Shown here: one piece after another, positions 50,500-64,000 of the stretch
How positions within the stretch are numbered: position 1 is the first letter of the stretch
Layout of the letters: every line of letters starts with the position of its first letter
DNA from: the human T2T-CHM13v2.0 reference genome, Homo sapiens
Length of the DNA: 64,000 nt
Reading direction: 5' to 3' (one strand)
Assembly (NCBI RefSeq): GCF_009914755.1
Contig: NC_060937.1
The notes under the pieces: generated by a model
Told to the model about the DNA's origin: nothing
Databases searched by the model: none
The model's input: the letters and a program-made list of their open reading frames with translations, nothing else
Program-made: the position numbers and the translations under genes

Positions 50500-50725
50500 A
50501 GAGCAGTAGCCAGCAAATATTTTCAATAAAGGACCAGAGAGTAAACAGAAAGTTTTGAGGGCCATATGATCTGTTGCAACTTTATAAAAACTCTGCCAGT
50601 GTATTGCAAAAACCGCTACAAATATATGTAAACAAAGAACATGGCCATATTTCAATAAAAGTTTATTTGCAAACACAGGAAATGGGCCAGATTTAGTCTA
50701 TGGGCCAGTCTGCCTGACCCTGGCT
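50500..50725. mobile_element. MER58-type DNA transposon
   Basis: cagcaaatattttc..taaaggaccagagagtaaa ... caataaaagtttatttgcaaacacagg ... tgaccctg. Confidence 0.7.
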
Positions 50726-53715
50726 TAAACAATGACCTGAAGACAAAGTGGCAGACAGATCTGAGGTGTTTAGTGGTAGAATTTTTAAAATATTTATCTT
50801 CATTCCTACTAAGTTTTCTTCACAGATACCTGTGGTCCCTTTTACAACCAAACTCTCAAGTTTCTCCACTTATATTCACTCTTCAAAACACTACAGTCTG
50901 GTCTCTACACCCACATCCACTCATAACTGCTTAAGCCAGGCTTGTCAAGACCTTCTTATTCTCAAATCTAATGGAAACATTAGTGTTAGTGTTTCTTGAC
51001 TTCTGGTACTTCAACACTTCAACAATTTCTCCCTCTTTGAAATTTCCTTTTAACTTAGGTACTGGGGTTGTACTATCATTTTTTTCTTCCGTTGAACCAG
51101 TTTAGCCTTAGTTTTAAAAGTTTTTTCAAATAAGATGTCATCCAGGATTCCATCCATGGTACCATGTCCAAAGTTGTTACAGATATGTTTTATAATCTAA
51201 TACTGATACATGCTTCAATGATAATGGAGTAGATGGGACCAGCCTGTTCTCCCATAAGATAGTAGAAAATTGGACAAAGTGTATGAAACAACTGTTTTCA
51301 GATATTGGACAACACATAGTAAAGGAGACAGTGGTCTCTGAGAGGAAGGAAACACTCAGGGAGTCCTATGATATTCTGCCTAGAAACATTTTCCAGAACG
51401 CTGCCCAGGGAGGGAGAACCTCAGCAGAGTAAAATCAATGGCCTCGCTGAGGTTAGGGAAGGCGAGGCAGTGGAATTTGCAGGACACAGTACTCAAAATG
51501 AAGAAGCAATAAGGACTAAGAGCTCCAGAAACCTACAAAGGATCCCCTGAAGTCTTTGGTGGAACACCAAGCCGTACTTCTAGAAGCCCAAAGACCCACA
51601 ACCAGGGGAAAGTACATCTACTGGGAATTTGTAAGCTGCACAATTACCAGAGCTTGCAAAAGGCTCAAAGACAAGTGAAGCACAACCAGTCAGAGTACAA
51701 AGACACTGGTGAACAGGGGGTAGAATTCAGTAGTGATCCCAGAAAGGCCAAGTCTTAAGTATAGGGTTAAACTAATGCTAGGACTGCAGCTACCAAAATG
51801 TGGACTAGGGAACCCCAGTGGGTCTGTAAAGTTAAAACAAGTTTAAATAATACTAAGATTTAATTTGCCTTTTTTCACTTTAATTTATTCACAATGATAC
51901 AGTGGTGTTTATAGAAGCTACATGTTGTATCATAATATTACATTGACATTGTACAGGTTGTGCTTCTGTAGTCTTGTGTTACAAAATGTTCCTAGTTTTA
52001 ATTTCTAAAATGCTGAATAGTCCATAGTTAAAATCCTCATGAACAAAAACTATGGCGTCCCCAGTAATTTTAAAGAGTGTTAAGGTTCTAAAACCATAAA
52101 GTTTGAAAATATCCACCTTAGAGTGAAGGCTTTCTAGACTTGCCCCAGCAAGCTTAAAAAGAAGCTTCAAAGGTATCAAACTTATCCACAAACAATTGCC
52201 TCCTGCAATAAAAATGCAAGCTGAGCCAATTCACATATCCCTAGTATATTTCTAGATATTGCTGTATTTCTCAATGAGACTGCAGTATTCTATACTGTCC
52301 AAAACAGTGTCGTATAAAAGGAACCACACATAATTTTTAAAAACAGGAATAACTAGATGTCTGATAGTGCACTAATTGTCCAATCTTAACTTATGTAAGT
52401 CGTACTCATCTGTAAAATGGGAATTCGGTAATTGTTGGATGGGTTAAAAGAAATACATTACTACCTTGAAAGGGATCTTATTCAATTTCCTTAGGTCCAA
52501 AACATTAAGTATTCTAAAAAACAAAATCTAATGATAGCAGCTACTTTTATACAGAATATAAAGTACAAAGAAGAAAAGAAACATGTTTTATGCATATATA
52601 ACTCCATTTTTAATTGGCTTTATATACTCTGTGTTTTTCAGTCACATACCATGAGCAACTAATTTTAAAAAACTACATAAATTAACCGTACTAGTCTTCT
52701 ATTTTGGATAGTATTAATTACAATCTTTCATTTTGATTCCTAAATTCACAAAAACCTGTATTACCCTATAAAATAAATACTAGTGTAGTTATCAACAAAG
52801 AAGTCTGAAGGAGATAATGTTGATTTGCTTACTATACTGACATTTTACTGACAATGATATAACACAGTGATGTCTGAAGGGCAGGGGAGAATGGTATAAA
52901 AATCACTCATGGTTCACAACCTATTATTGAAACTGAGGTTAGTATTTATATTACATGGTATGGCAATACTAGAAAAGATTTCCTTGTGGAGTATACAGTT
53001 TAAGACCTCTGCTGTACAGCTATACCTCCATGCTTGCTTCCAGTGGCCATGACACTTTATTCAAATATGTAAGTTTTATTAAGACTGAGTTCTTAAAAAG
53101 AAAAAACCAAGAACCTTAGATACAACTAGTGAAGTATTGAGACCTGTCCATATTTAAAACCAAGCACACGATACCACTTAAAAGGTTCCCCAGAAAGCCT
53201 CTATCCTGAAATGCTTGAAAGTGAGCAGTGCTGACTCTCGATTATTACCAATTGCATTAAATATGACACTTGTTTTGTTTCTTTTGGCTATAAGGAGAAA
53301 ATGTCATTTTGTATATGAGTGAGCACAGAGGAGAGAGAATGCGGTAAAGAACAGAATAGGCTAATAATTTTTTACTAAATACTCCAGTTCTCAGCTTTTT
53401 AAATCAACAGAAAAAATGAATCAGCTAAACCTAAAATCTTTGTGAATAGTATAAATTGTCTTTTAAATTAAATGCATATATTTTTATGTTTTACTTTTTC
53501 AAGACAAAAGCAGGATATTAGTACAATATAAGATTTATAGAGGAGCAAATTTCTTCAGATAGGAAACCCTTAAAAGCAGTATTTAAAGTGCTTAAATACT
53601 GTCACATATGTTTAATAATCATAATACTTAATTGTGAGAACTGGGAGCTCATGTTACTACTAAAACCAAATAAAAATTCAGTACATATTTGTTAACTCAA
53701 TTTAAGGATGTTTAC

Positions 53716-53820
53716 CTTAATACTGACACAGTATGGATGGTAACACTGACCACACTGAGAACAGGCAAGTAGTCTTCCTTCTGCTCCTTGGCCAAAACTG
53801 CCACAAACTACACACATATC
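53716..53820 (-). pseudogene. KMT2C-like exon (~18), 105 nt, DMCVVCGSFGQGAEGRLLACSQCGQCYHPYCVSIK (PHD finger)
   Basis: ag/gt intact, frame open. Confidence 0.93.
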
Positions 53821-54012
53821 CTGAAGTTAAGAAAACAGAACATATTTTAAATGGAGACTAAGCTAAAAACCTACAAATTTTACTTTAAAAATACCTTCTT
53901 AACTAATATAGCTCTATAGCTAAATATTGGATCACTTCTGTGTAGATGAGATAAAGCAGAAATGTGCAAGGAGGAATTCAATGAGGAAGACAGTAAATTG
54001 TCAAGTTCAAAC

Positions 54013-54114
54013 CTGATTCAAAGTGAACTTGTCACTGCTAGAAAACAACACAACCATATCGAGCATAGAGTTTTCTTCATCATCCTTATTTGATGAAATA
54101 TCTGCAGTAGACAC
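54013..54114 (-). pseudogene. KMT2C-like exon (~17), 102 nt, VSTADISSNKDDEENSMLDMVVLFSSSDKFTLNQ
   Basis: ag/gt intact, frame open. Confidence 0.92.
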
Positions 54115-54563
54115 CTATAAAAAGCAAAATACACAAAATACGAAGTTATATTTTTCACTTGTTTTACACTTAACTGGAAAGCTTCAGAAAATTCATAATC
54201 AAAACATATATTTTTGCTAAGGTCTAGAATAACAATTCCAAATATTAATGCTAAGATACTACAGTAAAATGGAGTCATGACATTTTATTATTCAACTCAT
54301 TCTCTCTTTAGAGGTAGAATTCCTTTAGACCAAGAAGTAATGAGAAAATATAATAAACCTGTCTTAGTAAGACTTGATTATGCAGAATTCTAATCAAGAA
54401 ACTATAAATGATAATATTATAGGTATGTACACACACAAATCTATCACTATTTTAATGACACACACTTGGGATCTGCAATGTAGTTAGTCTGAACTGAGAT
54501 GTCCTGCAAACATAAAATACAGCACATAATTGCATATTACATGTTGAAATGGTAATATTTTAG

Positions 54564-56004
<1,441 letters not shown>

Positions 56005-57249
56005 TAAAAGCAGTTTTAATGAATAGTACTAATGCTTTATAAGAGCAATTTATAGTCATATGAACCCTAATGACTACAAGTGTTAATAATGCCAATATTC
56101 ATCATTAGGGAGTAAGTAAAGCCATGACAAATCCAAACATTACGAAAGTACGAAACATTTTAAAAGTAGGGAGGTAGAAACTTGTATAGACTGCCATGAA
56201 AGAAATTATCAAAAAGACACTGTTGAGTGAAAAAATAAATTGCAGAACAGTATTTGAGGTATAGCACTATAATATAAAAACATGCAAAGTCATTATATGT
56301 AGTCTATGGGCACATATAACAGGTTGACTCATAAGAAATTGCTACTTTTCATCAGTTCAGAAATAATATTGGCAATTTCATATGGATCAACCTAATATAT
56401 AAATATACCAAACTGGTAACAGGGAAATAAGGAGGACTGAGGAGTTAGTAATGGTAAATTCTGATCTACCTATAACACTTTAATTTTTTTAATAGAGAAA
56501 ATGTATTGATGTGTTATATGCATAGCATTAACAAAATTAGCTTTCTAAGATTTTAGAGAATCATCCAAGTTGATTCACAGAAGTAGAATCATCATCATCA
56601 GTAAGAAATTAAGTGACTACTGAAAGTAATCATTAATTCAGTCATAGGACTAATGATGCATTGACAAGACTATTGAGATATATAATTATGGAAATGGCTA
56701 AAATAGAGATAAAGTATCTATTTCCACCTCCCAACCACTAACAGAAAATTCAACACATTATACACACTGAGCAGCTCAAAGAAATTGTAAAGATCCATTA
56801 TTATTTTTAAAAGGAAATTTAAACAGTGAATGCTTTCACTGAAAACGATAAACAATATATTCCCAGTATAAACCAGAAACAAAGTCTGCAGTAGAAAACT
56901 ACAATGTCCCTAGATTCAAGTGTGGGTGGGGAGTCATATTTAAATAATAAGTGCAGAAAAACCAAAATATTTTAAAATAATTGTCCATGCAAGAAAGAAA
57001 ACAGTATCATCTAGCTTGAAGACCCACTGTTTTTATTTTATAATTTATTTCATGACCTTTAGACTGCTAGAAAAATAAAACCTAACTTGAGGGCAAAGGT
57101 AATCTTTGAGAAAATATGTGCTATTGTTGCCTGCATAGATAATAGTGTGATTTATCCAGAAGGTGATAGAAATTTCATTTTCCTAGACAGACCACAGATA
57201 TAAGCCAAGGAGAATAGAAAGCTCTGACCTAAACTTCACAAGTGTCCCT

Positions 57250-59120
<1,871 letters not shown>

Positions 59121-59651
59121 CTGGTTTTAAAATTTTTCTTTTTGAAAAAAGGACGAGAATCTAAGCTTCCTTATTCCTGCTTTAGTAGTAAACTTGAACA
59201 ATTTCACCTGTCTCCTATACTTAAAATGACATTTTAGAATTTTAAAAACAGGATTTTAATAAAATAGCGAAGTTATTACGTAAAATATTTGCTAGTAGTT
59301 AGCAAATATATTTGTAATACACATATAAATAAAGCCTTATAACATGATAGTAAGCAAATAACAATCTTAAAATTTTTTAAATAAAAGAGCAACTATATTA
59401 CATACTGACTTTTTAGAGAGGGGTGGCATAGAAAGATAAGGAGTCAAAGAGGAAGGTAAGAATAGAGAAAGGATGAGAAAGTAAATATACAAGAAAACGT
59501 AACCAGAGGCTCAAAAAAAAAGCAAAGTAGAACAGTAAAATAAACATTTTGACCTATTTATATGACTCTTAAGTTCAAAATAACTTGCTATGAGATTGTC
59601 ATCATTAACTGACATTTAGATTAGATAAAATATACATGAAGGAAGCCTCAC

Positions 59652-59768
59652 CCCAGGCAATACAACAGCTCCGATTCCACTTTTCAGCTTTGACCTGCCT
59701 CGGCCACCTCACCCCGACAGTCCTGCACCTCGAGGTCTCCGCTTTCCTGGAAATCCAGACCCACAGCC
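59652..59768 (-). pseudogene. KMT2C-like exon (~16), 117 nt, GCGSGFPGKRRPRGAGLSG*GGRGRSKLKSGIGAVVLPG
   Basis: ag/gt intact; in-frame TGA at 59709-59711. Confidence 0.93.
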
Positions 59769-60529
59769 CTATGTAACAGATTAAGAAAAGTCAACATTCT
59801 GTGACAGCCCAAAATAATTTTTAAATCCAAATGCCACTGAGATAAAACATTTTATTAAATGTTATACAAACACTTCTTTAGATAAATATTAAGAGACCTG
59901 GCTTATTATTTTTATCTTTAAAAGTATACTCCACAACTTAAAAATCTAAATATAAAATGCTTACAACCTTAGAATCATACTTTCGGGCTGTCACTGTGAA
60001 CGCTATCAGCAAGACTTTGCATGATTTTTCTCTTTCCCACTCCTACATTCTCAGTGACGACAACAACTATAGTCTGATCCAGATATTTCGAAGTGCAACA
60101 AATTGTATTCAATATAGAGTAAGGATAAGGAAGAACTCTCTCATTAACTGGTCTCGCGGTGATTACAGTAATAGCTAACATCTATTGAGTACTTACTATG
60201 TACTGATCTAAGTATTTTTTACTCTCAACAATCCCATATAGTAGGTTTTATTATCCTTATTTGAGATGAGTGTGCTGAGGAATAAAATGGTTAAGTAAGT
60301 TGTCCAAGGTCGCTTAGCTAGCAAGCCTGGCTCCAGCGTCCCTGGGTTGGAAGCATATTCTGTACTGCTACATCAGCATAAAAGTTCATTTTTGCTAGTG
60401 TGTAACAGTATTCTTCCTGTCATTAAAATTAAGTCAGTTTCCTTCACTATTCAACAGTTCTCTTATGAACTCAACATTTCTACCTCATTCACCATTGTAT
60501 TTAGAGGAAAATTTATTATTATTGTTATT

Positions 60530-61630
<1,101 letters not shown>

Positions 61631-62534
61631 AGTTTGTTTTGTTATTAAATTGGTATAAAAGATTTTTGAAAAATTAAGTCAGTGATTAAAAATCAAGACT
61701 ACAGTAATCTCTCAATTTATTTTCTCAAACATGAAATGCTGACCCAGAAAAAAAGTAAGTAAAAATTGGTGGTCTATATTATCAAACTGTCAAATGAGGT
61801 ATATTTATACCTCAATATCTTGGATGATATCAGGCGGAGGTAGGGAGGTTAAAAAAAATAGTTCTTCCAGTCAAGAAAGAAAATAAAATATAATCTAGAA
61901 TTCCTTAAAATCCTTGATTAGTCTGAATTAAACAGCCATATTCCAGAATATTAAATATAGAATATGAAGAAAAACTGTCATCTCCGGTCAATGAAGTATT
62001 TTAACTTTTGAGTTAATACTTTTTCAAATTAATTTTTTTCTCTTCAAAATGCATCACACTACTTAACTCACTTGAAGGACTGGCAGAGCCATCAACCAAT
62101 GTCATGAGGGAAAAAGCCTTGTCATTTTAAGGTATTAAACAGACAATGAAATCTGCCACAATTTTGGTATTTCTTGTCCATGAGAACATAATAAATTAAT
62201 GGAGTTTTTTCTTTTGCTTTTTTCTAAGCAACAAAGTTTTATGATATCATGAATGAAAAGGTCCTTAATTACCTTTTGGTCTACATGTCAAGGACTTCTC
62301 CCTCATAAAACCAGTAGTAATCACAACAAAAGGAATTAACCATAAAAAGAGGTATTAAAAATGTATACTTGATTTTTAAATGCAAGCATATTATTTCTTT
62401 ACATTAAAATTTTTAGATTTAAAAAGTGTTTCTGGAAGCTCAATCTAGAAAAGAAAGATTTAATTCTTAACACCCAGTAGGGCAAAACAAATCAGACAGA
62501 AATGATATATGAATGTAAATGCAATTTTATTTAC

Positions 62535-62654
62535 CACTTTTGTGCTCCAAATGGCACTGCCAGGAAGCTGCCTGGGTTTAAAAATTTCCCGACCTTCTGA
62601 AATGTCTGAGGACAAGGAAGGTGGGCTCACAGTATTATGGGTACTCCAGGCCTC
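62535..62654 (-). pseudogene. KMT2C-like exon (~15), 120 nt, EAWSTHNTVSPPSLSSDISEGREIFKPRQLPGSAIWSTKV
   Basis: ag/gt intact, frame open. Confidence 0.92.
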
Positions 62655-64000
62655 CTAGGATATGGCAGTTGAGAAAATAGATGTGTAAAACTCAGCAACA
62701 TAAACGGTCAAAGCCAGCAACTAAGGAATTTTAGAACAGCAAAAACAAATGCAAAAGTATGGAAATTTAGGACAAATTGCTTCAAGGAAGGCAAAATAAG
62801 CTAATCACTAACAGTGATTTAAACATTTAAGTATAACTTAAGTAACTTAAATGTTTGCTGCTACAGAGACATCACTACAATGAAATATTAAAAATTAAGG
62901 TTTATATGACATCAACATTGACTCATGAACTGCAATTACTGCACCAAAAAGTAAATAAAAGTCAATGACACTTTAAGAATTAACACTAGAAAAAAGTATT
63001 GGGGGGTTATTTTTCTTCTACCAACTATCAATCTACTTAAAAGGAGAAATGGATAACCATAAGGAATTCTATATTCTATAGCTATAAACAACCAAAACCA
63101 GTAGGCCAAAGAATGCAATGAGAAACATAAGCAATCGATAAATGCATAAACTTTAAACTGTAGAGAGCTGGTAACATTAAAATGCAAATACCATTATAAT
63201 CTTAGCATTTAATCACTCTTTCTTCAGTGACCATTAGTTGTCGGTTTGGTTTCGGTTTTTACTTAGGGAAATGAATACTTTATGGAAATTACATCCAATG
63301 GACAAAAGTGAAGAAACGTTAAAGCAAATTGTCCTAAATTTGCAAATTAAAATGCCTAAAGTACCTGATAAATTATATAGAAATTAGTATCTTATTAAAA
63401 TCTATATAACTAAAACTAAAGCATTTTACTTCCAAACAACCACATTCAGCAATACCCTGAACTAATCTGAAGATGCTAAACAGCATAAAGAAAAATGTTT
63501 ACTCCACAAAGATAACATTTTAAAGAAAAACAAGACAAATGTCAAACAATAAAAGAATATATTTTGAATTAGGTAATTCAATGGTGCATGCATAATTTTG
63601 CCAATCAAGTAACCAAAACTTAAGACAAGGTACATAGTACTTACCAGGTTTCTAGAATATCATCAAATTAACAAGTACTATCTCATTAATCACATAAAAA
63701 TACCACCAGGAATTAAAATAACCAGAAATAAGAATGTGACTACTCTTGGGGTAAGAGATAGGTAATGGAATAACAGTATTTTGGAAAAGCCACACAAGCA
63801 ATAGACTGGTTTAATTTTTAAGTCACAAACTCAACCCACACACATTGAAGTCCAGCAATCCAACTCATTCTCTCCAGCAAACACTTTATTTTTCTCCCTC
63901 CAGGATTACCCTCAGGTGTTCTTTCTTACCCATCAAATCTCTAACCTAGCTCAGGTAATCACTAGGCTGATTTCACTGAGCAGCAACCACTGCAGGTCAG

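Overview
This is human-type (hominid) genomic DNA, rich in Alu and L1, from a juxtacentromeric segmental-duplication mosaic. It matches the TPTE-BAGE2 block of 21p11 or a near-identical acrocentric paralog; the exact copy cannot be fixed from sequence alone. All genes are on the minus strand. Left (1-23.7 kb): the 5' part of TPTE (voltage-sensing PTEN-like phosphatase), with a CpG-island promoter, non-coding exons and four 54-nt exons spelling [58 protein letters not shown]. Right (28.9-62.7 kb): eleven consecutive KMT2C/MLL3-derived exons (about exons 15-25, PHD-finger region) of a BAGE-type duplicate, disabled by two nonsense codons, a 5-bp duplication and a dead donor. Main hidden structure: the TPTE N-terminal exons sit in an old tandem array of ~1-1.3 kb units, each holding a phase-2/phase-2 micro-exon. 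At least five extra copies keep AG/GT sites and an open frame, and the annotated start ATG is just one codon of a repeat copy. Gene names, exon numbers and repeat subfamilies come from recall, not database searches; repeat boundaries are approximate.
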